From assembly GCA_977030845.1 (NCBI GenBank), contig OZ365118.1:16988001-17052000 (forward strand): a stretch of 64,000 bases of DNA. The letters run 5' to 3'. Each line of letters begins with the position of its first letter. Position 1 is the first letter of the stretch. Of this stretch, positions 39,150 to 51,416 are shown piece by piece. The position numbers and the translations under genes were made by a program. The stretch comes from Fimbriosthenelais zetlandica (Eukaryota). The notes beneath the pieces are model-generated. The model worked only from the letters and a program-made list of their open reading frames with translations, made no database searches and had not been told where the DNA came from.

Positions 39150-42100
39150 GTAAGGAAAATTTTATTAAGGAAAGATATTTTTAATATCTTCCTGAAGCAT
39201 TTCTTCTGGTTGCTAAAGGGATTTCTGTGATACTCATATACATTACGAATTAGAAATTGTTAGCTCAAGGTTATGCCAGGTATTATCAGTGTCAGTGAAT
39301 ATGTTTAGCCTCATGTGAGTTGCTCTTGCCAGTGGCCTAATGGAATATTCAAACGTTCAGTTAACATATTCCAACTTCATGATAGGATAGAAACCTATAT
39401 TGGAAACCTTCATTCAAACCTCTATTAACCATAAGATTTTCTATGATGACCCACAGAATGAAAAACACCCATATAATGTCAGTTGATTTGTCCGCTAGCT
39501 GATAAATAGGACCAAGGAAGGGCGGTGATCCCGGTAGTGGATTTAGGGAGTGTGGCCGGCGCTATTCTATCGCTCCTGACATGCTCATAAAGAAGGGAGA
39601 AGGTCCTGTCCTTACTGGCCCCTTACCCTGTTAGCAAATGGGGATCAGCCTGGGCTTGTTTATGGCCCTGCTCCTGGAGTAAACATGGAGTTTTGATAGC
39701 CACTTCAACGTCCGAGGGGGTTCTAACTGAGCTTAGGCTAAAGGAGGGGAAGGGAGGGAAGTGCGGATTTATAGGAAGGAATCTCTGTGGAAGGCCTTCA
39801 TTAGGATAAGTGGGACATGAATGGAAGGAAATCTCAATCGGTCGTTAGCAGTGAATTATGTCTCGACACCCGGCCACGTCAAGCCCCCGGGTCGTATTTC
39901 AAATAGAATCACAGATGTGTTAATTATTAATGTGAACCTATAAAAGTCCATACCCATACTTTGGTCCATGAGTCATTAATTTCTGTTTGCACCAGAGATT
40001 CTTGGGGGACTGGATGTTCATTCATTGCACTGTTACCCTTCGCATGGTGTGCCATGGCTTGAAAAACATAGTGAATATGATGGAGGGAGTGGCTGTAGCC
40101 CTCATCAATTATCCAATATTGTCCTGGCTTCAGAGCATGGCTTCATGACCGGCAAGCATGACTAGTTGCCTTTGTCCCCCTTGGAGGAGAACAAGCTTGG
40201 TACTTAGCTATACAAAAGTCCACGTACTGGTCGGACATTGTGTCCATACCATTGCAACTACATGTTACACCACTGATGCTAGAATCAAGTTTTCATTTCT
40301 GTATGAAATATACCCAACAAATATTCCGCATAATATTATTGACCCTATTTGTTTGGAACCTTTTCTGTGAAAATTAGAAGCATTTGTAGTGTGAATATTT
40401 CCAAAAATATGGAAGTAATTTGCTTTGTTTGTCACTGATCAGCAACGTAGCTTTGATTTGGACATTTTCGCTTCAATCAGGGTGTCAAATGCCTACTTCA
40501 TATTCTCTTTGGGACAAAGAGTTGAGACTTGTTAATGTTGACTTTGAGTGTCCAGGCTGTATTAGTCACCAGGTCCCCGACCACCACTAATCTCACCCAT
40601 ACATGACTGGGGTAAAGGAGGAAGACTTCACTCTGAAAAATGGACTTTTCAGGTGCTACAGCCCATCTGACCACAGACTTTGACATGTAACCAAGGTTTA
40701 TGTGCTGACAAGCTATTTAGGCTACACCACGACTAATCAGGTTCTTCCTTGGACAGCCTGTCCACGACCTGCACCCTTAGAAATGGTTATAAATCCACTG
40801 TGAGTTAGGTCAAACTACTGTGGTATGAAACAAACACCACTGGGAGAACACAATGGGGCTGTTCATAATAGTGCCAAAATTGCTAAGGCACCAGTTACTG
40901 TGTAAACCATGGTTCGTTAAACTCGAGTTAAACCTATGGTAAATTTAACATAGAAACCAGCCCCAGGCAATTTGTCTGTGAGTGGAGGCAAAGGCAAGTC
41001 TACAAGACATAGAGCCTTGTGATGATAGCAAGACAGGGTTGTAAGTTGTACAGTCTCCATATCTTATGGAATAGGGCAGGGTTGAAAGTTAACACATGAA
41101 GTCACTATCTAACATCATACAATAGGCTCCCATCCATCTCCCTCAGCCTGATGCATAACAAAGGGCTCCACTCTTCCCTGTCTCATCCCTTTTTCCCCAA
41201 CTACTTCCCTTCCGTATACGCACTAAGGCTGGTTTTCATTGAGAAGGGGTAACAATATTCCCCAGTCTACCAGAAGCAGTTGCTATACTATAGCCAGTGT
41301 GTTGAGCTGTATAGGGCTGCAGCTATGGCACATATGGAATTTCTAAACATAGGTATATAGAGAGAGGAAAGAGGAATGGTCCAGAAGGTGCCGTATATCT
41401 GTGGGTTAATGGTGCTGTGAATGTTCCAGCTTCTGCTTCAGCCATATATACATGTACACCCAAACTCACCCTGCACACTCTTATAGACTACCGTACTGAT
41501 GCACCAACTCTGACAAATGCCACTCATACCAATTTCTTCAGTACTTCTGAAGACTAACAAAAAGCACTGCTTTTAATATTGATTTTTTGTTTGGCCTAGA
41601 TTTCAACCAGGGAACTTTTTGACTTCATATGCTTACTGCAATTCGCTTGCATTTGGATGCACCTTTGCAATGAACTTTATTTTTGTTTTGAAGTCTGTAA
41701 AAAGCATTTACGCACACAAAGCCATGATCAGCAGGCCATCGTATCTGTCAGATGTTCGGAGCATTAAATGGCAGACTGCAATAGAGAAGTTGGAGAGGGA
41801 TTTCAAATGGCGAGTACTGTTTAATAAGCCGTATCATTGTTCTTTTCGCCTCCCCCAATGCCCTCCCCCAAACTTTTTATTCCAAATGTTTTCATGTATT
41901 TAAGGATGGCTCTCGCGCTGATCGATAAATTAATTTTCATGATTGTGTTTCTCGAGTTGCTGTTCAACATTTCTCTTATTTTTAATGGCATATATCCAAC
42001 TTGGGAGTGTCCACTCCCCACCCCATGTGGATCTCTTTTGATCTCAGAATATTAAAAATGTAATTATTATCATTTTGTCTCAGCTTCATGAAAGGCTTCT

Positions 42101-43039
42101 CTCCGTGTGAGGTGGAAGCAGGTCTTCATCTTGGAGGAGATCCTTTTAATTTTTTGTTCCTGACCCATCTGATTTTTCCGGATGGTCTGGCTCTTTGATT
42201 GCCCTCAATGTGTCAATAGTGAAAGGCTCCCATCACAAAAGGGGCAAATTACTATGACAACTCTCCCAGGCAGTTCAAGCAATTGTTTACAACTTGTCTT
42301 TTCCCCATGAATGAGTCGAAGCACTAGGCCTTTCTCATTTCAAAAAGCGCTGTTGACTCGCAATTTCTCCTGGAGAAAGAGCCAAATAAACATCGGCCTT
42401 GTTTGGTTTTTGCACCCGGGTAAATAAAAAGGAAGGTAATATTTCAACTGAACAGAACAACTATTACAGTCTTTTTTCTAAGGGAACTTGAAAATATGGC
42501 TGCATAAGAGTAGCGATTCGTTGTCTGTCATGTTCTCTGTTGAACAAGATATGAGCAAAGATTCAAAGCATTCGTGGAAATTTCCATCCATGCACAGACA
42601 TTGCCAACATGAATATATTTAGCGGGATACTGATAATTACTGAGTTCAGAAGAGAACCGAGTATCCAGCAGCCAATGACCTTTAAACATTACACGAGTAC
42701 AAATAGGGGAATATAATGTCATTCCTAAAGCCTTTACACCTCTTACATCAGGTGGAAACTGCTTAGGTGAAAAATGCCTCAAAGCCAGGAAAAGCTGGGG
42801 GAACAAAACATCTTACAATTATTACATTGTCTACATCTCCTCCAATGTACAGGTCCTATAGCATCATCACCCCATTGTTGGCTTAACATACATGTACTGG
42901 GCTTTAATGCTAACGGTGTCAATTCAAGCTTGGTACATAGGGCAAAGGTTAAAGTAGGGCAAAAAGCAAGGATAAAAATAAGGAGGGAGAGGTATAAGAG
43001 GACAGGGTTGAGGAATTTACCAGCAGATTAAGCTTGTCG

Positions 43040-43350
43040 GTGAGAGGGAGCTGTAAGGGGGAGGTATGAGATGGTATGAGACAGGATGAGGGAGGGAGAG
43101 TGGCCTGGCTAGACGGCGTGAAATAGCATGAGGTAAGGTGAGATGAGTGTCATGGGTGACAGGCTAAAGTACGAATTACAACCTTACCCCTCACCTTGTC
43201 ATATATACCTGACCCTGTCAACGACCAGGAGGCCGCACAGACAGATGGTGAGATGGGAAGAGAGGAGGGAAGGCGGGATGGGAAGAGAGGAGGGAAGGCG
43301 GGATGGGAAGAGAGGTGGAAAGCCAGGAGACAGGGAAAGGGATCGGGAAG
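43040..43350. repeat. Polypurine tract containing a 25-bp tandem repeat (GATGGGAAGAGAGGAGGGAAGGCGG x2.6, 43252-43315)
   Basis: Two exact copies plus a partial copy read directly. Confidence 0.92.
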
Positions 43351-43979
43351 GTAAATGGATGGATATTTATTTAACCACCAGTTAGCAATCGAATACACAG
43401 AATCAGACCTGTCCTGTAGCAATTAATAATTAGATATCCATCGCAGTTAAAACCTATTTAATTTAATTTGGGAAGCATTTGTCGGTCAGTGCAGACTAAC
43501 TGGCCTGGCCTTTGTGTCAGGGATAAAGCCCTATCCATCATGGTATCAGATTAAACACAGAGGGATGCCTCCAGGTTCATCTGTTAAGCCCTATCTCCCT
43601 CCCTGAAACAGGCTTTGATAAAGCTCCCGCTTGCCTTTGAGGGAATTAGTAGGAAATCGGCCTGGCTGCTGGTTTTTCTTCCTCCATTGAGAAAAAGCCA
43701 GGGTAAAAAGGGGCAGTTATCAGCGGAGGACAGAGGGTGGGATGGAGAGGGTTTAGTGATGGTTTCACTGGAGGCGGAGTGTCATTGTGAAGTGACAGGA
43801 ACGTAGGATCCCCATTTACTAATACAAGTAGGTGGTGGATTGTTCACTCTTTAATTGACGTTTTTAATGAACATTCAGTATGGGCTTATCTTGGTACGGT
43901 GGTCAGTCATCAGAGGGGTTAATTACTTCTGGGCATATTAAAAAAAAATGTGTTTTTGAAAAAAAAATCATGCTCATCT

Positions 43980-44140
43980 CTCCCATTCTTTCCTACACTT
44001 CCCCGAGTCCCCTCGATCCCTACCCTCTGTTATTCAGTTCTCCCCACTTCCTCCTCTCTCCACCCTTTCCCTGTCTCCTTCTCCTTACCCCTTCTACACT
44101 TCTCCCTCTATCCTCCCCTGTCCCACACCTCACCCTCATT
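43980..44140. repeat. Polypyrimidine low-complexity tract
   Basis: C/T-rich on + strand; source of ORFs 43880-44232. Confidence 0.85.
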
Positions 44141-44550
44141 CTATACGCCATGTTGTATAGTTGACATGTGTATTTGTAATCTCCATTATTGATGCAGGAT
44201 TTTGCACCTGCTATTACTGGTGAATTAGACACGCCTGCACAGCTAGGGGATATGTTCTATCTGGCTGTTGGTGTCATGTGGTACAATGAGGCTAAAATCA
44301 GAATAAAAACAGGACCTGCCACCACTTTATTACTGGATTTGGAAAGCATTTGTATGGGAATGGGTGCAGTATTCTTGTATGTTCGGTGCATATTAAATGA
44401 ACCTAATGCATAGAATTCCAGTCTGCACCTTTCCTCTGGCGAATGTTAATGGATATACATACCAGAATAGCAATACAGTTCATTTCAATATGTTTATAGG
44501 ACATTGCCTGTGCTCAAATTCAATGTTAAGGAAGGGGATATCGTATCATG

Positions 44551-44618
44551 GGCCTGTTTTGTGAACCCTTGAGCTCCAGATCGCAGTGCAGGACCTTTAA
44601 CTAACTGAGCCACATCCC
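44551..44618 (-). mobile_element. Decayed tRNA-derived SINE head (or tRNA pseudogene)
   Basis: Minus strand GGGATGTGGCTCAGTTAGTTAAAGG...CAAGGGTTCACAA: A box TGGCTCAGTTAG and degenerate B box GGTTCA at tRNA-like spacing (~47 nt); 5' end resembles tRNA-Ala GGGGATGTAGCTCAGT; T stem cannot pair, so not a functional tRNA. Confidence 0.6.
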
Positions 44619-46065
44619 TTACCCTATTTTGAGGCTTTAGGTTTGACTTATACTTTGAGTAAGAACTGCAGATAATTACTACATTTAACTGCAGCCTAAC
44701 TAGTGCAACCAATATAATATTATATATATCCCGCAGACAGAGTTGAGGGAGCGTAGAGCCATTGCCATGTACATGTATAGATGTGACTTGCCCAGAAGTG
44801 TGAGATAGGCCCATCTCTTATTTAAAGCATCTCACGGGCAAGATATCATTACCTTGTGAATTTTTAACAAGGCAGAGACACTTCCAGCTCAATTTCTCTG
44901 TTTTTTATGGATCTCCATTGTCAGGTGGCTCTGGCAACTGCACACATTAAAAGCATGAAAAATCACCCAGATAAAAGATGGATATTATTTATAGAGAGCG
45001 ATTAAAATCATCGCCTCAGGTCATTAACCGAACAAAGCGTAATTCTTAAAATGATTGTTACACTTGATATATAGCTTTAATCTATTGGTTCCATGTGGTT
45101 ATCACTTCTAGCAGATTGAGATGCTGTGATGATGTACTATAGAGTGGGACTGTATGATGGCCTGTACTCAGCCAAAGGTCCATCATAATGAGGATTGGAT
45201 GGATTTTGAAGTCCATAAAGTCTTCGAGTTCCATAAAATGTTCTGGTGGGAATGTGAAGATAGTGATCATCAGAATGATACCCAATGTCACCAGATTTCA
45301 AATGAGCAGCTTGTTTCAATACTATACTATCAGATCAGATTCTATAACTGAATACAGTAAAATAATATAGAATGTATTAGATGGTAATCAAAGGCTGATC
45401 CAGATAGTCAAACATCTACTTGAAGCTGGTGAACATTAACGAAGGCAAACCCTGACCATTGACATTACAATTAAAGCGACGGAGGCAATAATTAACTGAC
45501 CAATCAATTGGCAAAGAGAAACGAGTCGTCCTCAGCACACAATCAAAGTCATTACTGGCCCAAATTTAAAGGACGATTAAGTCTTGGGCTTCACCTTTCC
45601 CCACAGAAAAATGCCTCTGGCCCAGAACTGACATTTACCGAATTGGTTTGCTCAGTTCCTCTGGTCCCTCCTCAAATTGTATTAATGGGACAGAGAGAAA
45701 CAACACATCATGGGACCATTCTGCGCCTTCAATCATCACAGATTTCCCCCATTGATGGATTTTATTCTACATTTCGTGGGGTTTTTAATGTTTCTTTTGA
45801 AATCGCTAAATTTCAATTTGCTGCTCCAATTGGATGAATATTACTGTTAACAGTTTTCTTTTTAATTTTCAAATAAGCGATTAATTGTAATACATTTTTA
45901 AAAGACCAGAATAAGAATTCTCAGTCGTAAAAATACTGATCTGTTACAAATATGAATCCATCATTGCACCACATTAAATATTGCACCCTTGTACGTCCAA
46001 ATCTGATCGGGTGCCAACAACTTTGTGTGGTATACGTTGTCATACGAATGTGGCTGGCTGCTCAC

Positions 46066-46190
46066 CTTTACTTCAATAGATGAGCTGTAATTGCTCTCAC
46101 CCCAAACAGATCGGTAAACTGAACAATTTCCATGTCCACTATTTATCTCCTCCACTGTTTCATTTGATTCTGTTTCCATTTTCGTCCAGC
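46066..46190 (-). other. Candidate 125-nt exon
   Basis: Acceptor ggctttttgtag|G and donor AAAG|GTGAGC; only one frame open (GWTKMETESNETVEEINSGHGNCSVYRSVWGESNYSSSIEVK); no homolog recognised. Confidence 0.25.
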
Positions 46191-47409
46191 CTACAAAAAG
46201 CCACCGGATCAATGCATGCTTCGTGATGTCATTTCACATGATGGCATTTTTCATCCACCACCTTTGCTGATTTTTAATAGTTGATGATGTTGGATCCGCC
46301 CTTTATACTATCTGGCTATACATTGAACAATGCCATAATAGGAGCCCAGCAATTGTATAGTGTGTGAATATTCAATCAGACTATAGATAGATCCAGAACA
46401 TGGGGGCGATGGTTATCACGTTCATATTGCCATTCACATCTAGCGTGATACCCTAAAAATGGCTGTGCTGCACACTGGAAACATCTGTGCCGAATCATAG
46501 TGAATTTTATTTTATTGACCTTGGCCTTCCTCTCGGACAGAAACACGTGTTTGTGCTTACCGCTACATGCAAAACGGTAATTTTCCGCTGTGTCAACCGA
46601 GAAAGCCGACTAAATGCGGCATTATGAGATGCAAACATTTGTAAATCTATCTGATCCATTTGTGTAACTCTGACCTTTTGATATTGGGTTCCGCTACATT
46701 ATTCTGCTTTCCGCCTCATAAGCTGCAGCCAAAATGTACGAATATCAATTTTTGTTATTATTGCAGTCTGTATCTCTCCAATATTGCTTATTGTTGTTGA
46801 CTTATACTGAACTTGTATTTGAACTAGTTATGTATATTTGTAATAGTTAAATGCATCTTCCTTATTTGTGTGTTAAACCATATATATTATATGTCATGGT
46901 TAAATGTATGCTCATACATCATGCAAATTGCCATTTTATGGAATGTTGAAATATAGGGGAGGGGTCTCCTTTTTATTACATGATATAAAGTTAAATATAT
47001 TTCATGCTATGGAACTCATTTTCCCTAAAAACTTATGGAATGGCAGAAGGAAATACTTCACCATCCTACAATATTTTCTACCCAGGTCTTGAAGTCCTGA
47101 GTAGGACCCAACTTCTTGACTATAAGGGTTCCTTCCTTAGTTCCCGAATGCATAGAAAGGGTTCTGTATGGCCAATACAGTCCCAATACAGACCTGCTGT
47201 ATGTATATATGTGAGGGAAATGAAGAAGAAGGCAGGGGCTAATAATCAGAATAGGACCCTGTGTTAGTACGTGTCTCTTATGTCAGGAGAGGGGCCCAGC
47301 TATATCCTCTGAACAAACTTGGCCCTTTATTGGTCCCACACTTGCGAATTCATGTCACTATGTGCTAAAGCTGTCTGGAACGTTGACTCGCATTTTCAAT
47401 CAAGTTAGC

Positions 47410-47445
47410 CTAGGAATGTTCATTACAGAAGGGGAACATTCCTAG
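47410..47445. repeat. Perfect 12-bp inverted repeat with 12-nt spacer
   Basis: CTAGGAATGTTC-attacagaaggg-GAACATTCCTAG. Confidence 0.9.
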
Positions 47446-47726
47446 TCCTTACTCAATCCCCCAGGGAGCCTGGTGTGTGGCAGTGGTAGTGGTAGTGGTG
47501 GACCTATTCTAGTTGTGAGGCATTCAAAGGACCTTGGGGCTCTTTTCTCAATGGTCCGGTAAAGGTATGCACTAGTATACCTGCAAATATGTGTCTTGGT
47601 ATAGGTCACATTTGGGACTTGGTGCAGTTGGTGGTTAAAAAGCTGTACATTTATTGGTATTTTTCAATTGCAAATATCATAAAAGGAAGTACATCGATGT
47701 GTGATAGTGCGTCTGAATAAAATGAA

Positions 47727-47808
47727 TTTTCTACTGAAGAAGCAGTAATACAGTTTTCTACTGAAACAGTAATACAGTTTTCTACAGAAGCAGTCATACA
47801 GTTTTCTA
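47727..47808. repeat. ~24-bp minisatellite (TTTTCTACWGAARCAGTMATACAG) x~3.4
   Basis: Three near-identical units plus a partial unit read directly. Confidence 0.92.
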
Positions 47809-49689
47809 TAACATTTACACAGTGCCAGGCACAAGTAACGACAGTGACAGATGAATGCTCTAATATAGCATGTTTTTATATAGAGCTCATAACCTGGAAA
47901 ATGAAGCTAGCTATTGTACAGTATATGTTCCAGCTGCTGCCTCTATATCGGCCTCCTTTATTGCCCTGCCTTTATATACAAGCAGAACCTTTCCACAGAG
48001 AGAGACCCGGGAGAGTTGATCCTATCTCCCACCTATTACTATCACAAGACACACTGAGAACCACATAAACCTTATCATGACTTGGCCAAATGGGCCAGCG
48101 ACTTACCTCTGGCAAGTGTCTAGCTATCCCTGCTGTAAATTCCTATCGCAGACCAATAATTTATCATACAGTGTCTGTGGGCAGCAGGCAGTCCATGTGT
48201 GTGTCAACAAGATATTGATGCTTCCTAATCTCAATCTGTGTATGTGTGTCTTTCTGTCTTCTTGATTGCTTCGCCGTTGTACAACATGGGGACCTCGCTG
48301 AGAGCAGATGCTGATGTCTCTAAGATGCTGAGTTGGCGAGCTTGTGAGTGGCTCGGTGACACGACTGTCTGATTGCTTGTGTAGCTATAGCTGGCCCGGG
48401 TGTCAATGGTGATGACCTGGAAATCGTTTGATCACTTTTGAAGAGGACGCGGATTGTTTGTTCCTATCAGCGCTAACATTGCCAGTCACCTTGTCCTCAT
48501 CATGCCTCTCCCACTCCTCACTCTGTGTAAGCTAGCAGTCCGGCTTCACCAAACTCATCAAATACATTGAGTATTGAGAGGTGGAGGCTGGCTCCTTGTA
48601 CTGCCCTTCACTCTATGATGGACCGTGTTTTGATCAGGAACCCTGTGGCTTGTTGGGAGCGGGTGGTGGGTGTGGTGAGGGGTTTGGGTGGTCAGGGGGT
48701 CGGAATGGGCAGGTCAGTTAAGAACTAACCTCCTCTGTCTATCTGTTTCTTGACTGGGGAAACCCTTGTCTTAAAGAAGGGTTGTTTGCAGCAGCTGACA
48801 GCTGTATTGAGGTGAACTGACAGGCTGATCTCTGAGGGTTTGGGTAGTGACTGTACTTGCATGTAGACAGACTCCTCTGCCCTTGTCAGACAACTTGTAG
48901 TTGATCTTTTAAAAGTTCTAGGACCATCAGATGATATGACACTAAACTGTCACTGAGAGGTACCAGAGAAACCAACCAGCAGATATCTTTATGATTCATC
49001 AACTAAAGTTGTTGTATTTTGGGTGTATAATGCGTTTCGTCAAGTCAGTATAATGCTATCGCACTGTCCAGGCTACTCCTGACAGCAATGATAAATCCAA
49101 TCCATTAATGTGCAATGATGCAGATTGTCCTTTGTGTCCAGTTGTATGGCTTGCGTAATGGGTATATTCCAGGAGGAGGAGGGCAACAACAGGCTGGGCT
49201 AATAGAGTCTGGCTGGCCTCGCGTGTTGTCCAGACAAGGTAACACCCCTGGGAACACTAATATATATGGCCTGATCAGTGCACCCTGGACATGGATATAT
49301 ACACTGCAATGTCCGGCAACAAAGTAACAATTGCAAGGCTTAGTGGCATTTTTTCTCTCTATGAATCTATATTAATGCTCACTGATGTGATTCAATCATT
49401 TGAGTGGGATTAGCTCTGGTGAACTTTCTTGGAGATTAAAGGTACTGCAGCTGAGGAGGTTATTTATGTGCGTTTTACTCCACTGCCTGTGGAGGAAACT
49501 TTGAGAGCAGGTGTTTTGTGTGCCTTAATAAGCTTTTTCTCCAGGACCGACATCTGTCCTTGTTGGGTGGAGGCCGTTTTCGATCCACCGTGTTGTCCCT
49601 AGAAGCACTCAAGGAGGCGTGTGGTCCCTGATTCTACTATGTTAGGTCCCAGTGGGTTTATGCACTGGAGAGGAGTAGGAAGGGATGGG

Positions 49690-50060
49690 GCCTTCCGCTG
49701 AGGAGGAGCCCTCGAGTCCCTCAAGCCACACGGCCTTCTCCTCCACGGTTTCCTCCTGTGACCACTATGTCATCCAGCGGGGGAATGCTTCATTGACCAG
49801 GGAGGTAGAAAAATAGAAAGCTGTCCCTTTCTCTCACTGCTGTAACCTCCTCCTGGAGGATAGCTCCTGCCCTGGAGAGGCAAGGCGTGTGAGTGTGTCT
49901 ATGTGTGGGATGAGCAGGAGGTGGTGGAGTAGGGGCAGGGAGGCCCCAGCAGTCTATCTCTGTAGGCTAAAGCTGAGTCTGACACATCCCTGTGTGAGCT
50001 CCCATATAGCACGGATCTCCCTGTCTCTGCCGCGCTGCGCCCAGGTGGCGTGGTCGTCAG
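49690..50060 (-). promoter_or_regulatory. Promoter-like GC/CpG-enriched segment
   Basis: CpG cluster at ~50029-50060, then TATA-like GCTATATGGG on the minus strand (50001-50010), then a GC-rich leader. Confidence 0.25.
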
Positions 50061-50089
50061 GCTCAATGTGCTTCACCACTCTTCATTCA

Positions 50090-50531
50090 TTCACTTTCTT
50101 CTACTTTATCTCCATCTTGTTTCCTTGACCTGCTACTCTTCGCTTCTGTTCTCTTTTTTCCTCTTCTGTCTTCTCTTCGCTTTTCTTTCACCTTCTCTTC
50201 CCTTCTCTTTCATCTTCTCGTCGCTTCTCTTTCATCTTCTGTCTTCTCTTCTCGTCGCTTTTCTTCTGTCCTGTCCTCTTCGCTTCCCTTCTCTTCTATT
50301 CCCTTTGCTTCGCTTCTCTCCTCTTTGTCCAGTTTGACTCTACGTTCGTCTGGATCATCTTTCCCTCTCGTTTCCGCACTCGCAACTTTGCCCTGCCACT
50401 CCCCCTCAGCTTCCCTCTTCATCTCCCTGTTATGAAGATTTCCCTCTTCCTCCCACTCTCCGTATCTATCTCTCTCCCCCCTCTCCCCTCTCAGATTCTC
50501 TCTTTCCACATCCACCTTTGCCCCCCCCCCC
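50090..50531. repeat. Degenerate (TCTTC)n polypyrimidine tract ending in C11
   Basis: Recurrent TTCTCTT/TCGCTT units; poly-C 50521-50531; explains ORFs 50050-50572. Confidence 0.92.
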
Positions 50532-51362
50532 TCTGAGGCATGTTTCATAGCTGTGAAGAGTTTACAATTCATTACGATTTCTACATGTCACAAACTTGAG
50601 ACCTTTACCCTGCAGTCTGACAGGTACCTGAGTCAGTGCTCTGAGCGAACCTGTGGCTTCAGGTCTCAGTTGAATGGCTCAATCAAACGCAAAATATACA
50701 AGTCCTCAAGACATTCAAGTTGTATGTTGTTCATACACATCCTGATATTTAAAAAAAATGTGCAAAAATGTCTTATTGCATTTTTTTCTGGCAGTTCACA
50801 TATATGTAACGATGCTTATTTCAACAGGCAAATGTCAGTCTTCATTTCCAAAGGGTTTATTGCCAACATTGCCGCCTAGAAATATGGGAATTGGGCAGAA
50901 TGAAAGGATAGTAGTATAAGGTAAAAACAGCTTATCTTATGGCTGCGTTGCACAATAATGCTTTAGCCTATGGTTGTACCATGGCCGGTATACATGTGAT
51001 GATGTCATGTTCTTTATAATGAATCAGATCCTTGCATGGTTTATCTGGCTTAAGTCGCCATACATTGAAGGACACCCGAGATGTGCCCTGAGCACCCAGA
51101 TCAGTCAGGTTGTACAAGTATTATTTTGTCTAAGATTGCTTTATATTCATTGCCGTAAAGTAATATAAACCTATTAGTAAAGGTCAGGCGGGAAAAAGAA
51201 ACACTGGGGATATCTAAGAGAATGGCTAGAGGGAGAAGAACAGGATACGCCAGTAACATTTGGCTGTGACAACGGGATACCTCATTATCCGGTCTCTCAC
51301 AAAGGTTACTAGCTTGGCTTTCTTGTCTCTATTGAGACCCACAAGGAGCACCTTCTCTTTAC

Positions 51363-51416
51363 CTGTGAGTAATTGCACACCCTCCGGGTTTAGCAACATA
51401 GGCATGGACGGTGTCT
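51363..51416 (-). other. Candidate 54-nt symmetric exon
   Basis: Acceptor gcctttttatag|AG and donor CACAG|GTAAAG; phase 1-1 open frame ETPSMPMLLNPEGVQLLT. Confidence 0.2.

Noticed and set aside
46105-46150. GHGNCSVY resembling a kinase glycine loop (e.g. GHGNGGTVY)
   Set aside because: It lacks the third glycine and the surrounding kinase subdomains; coincidental
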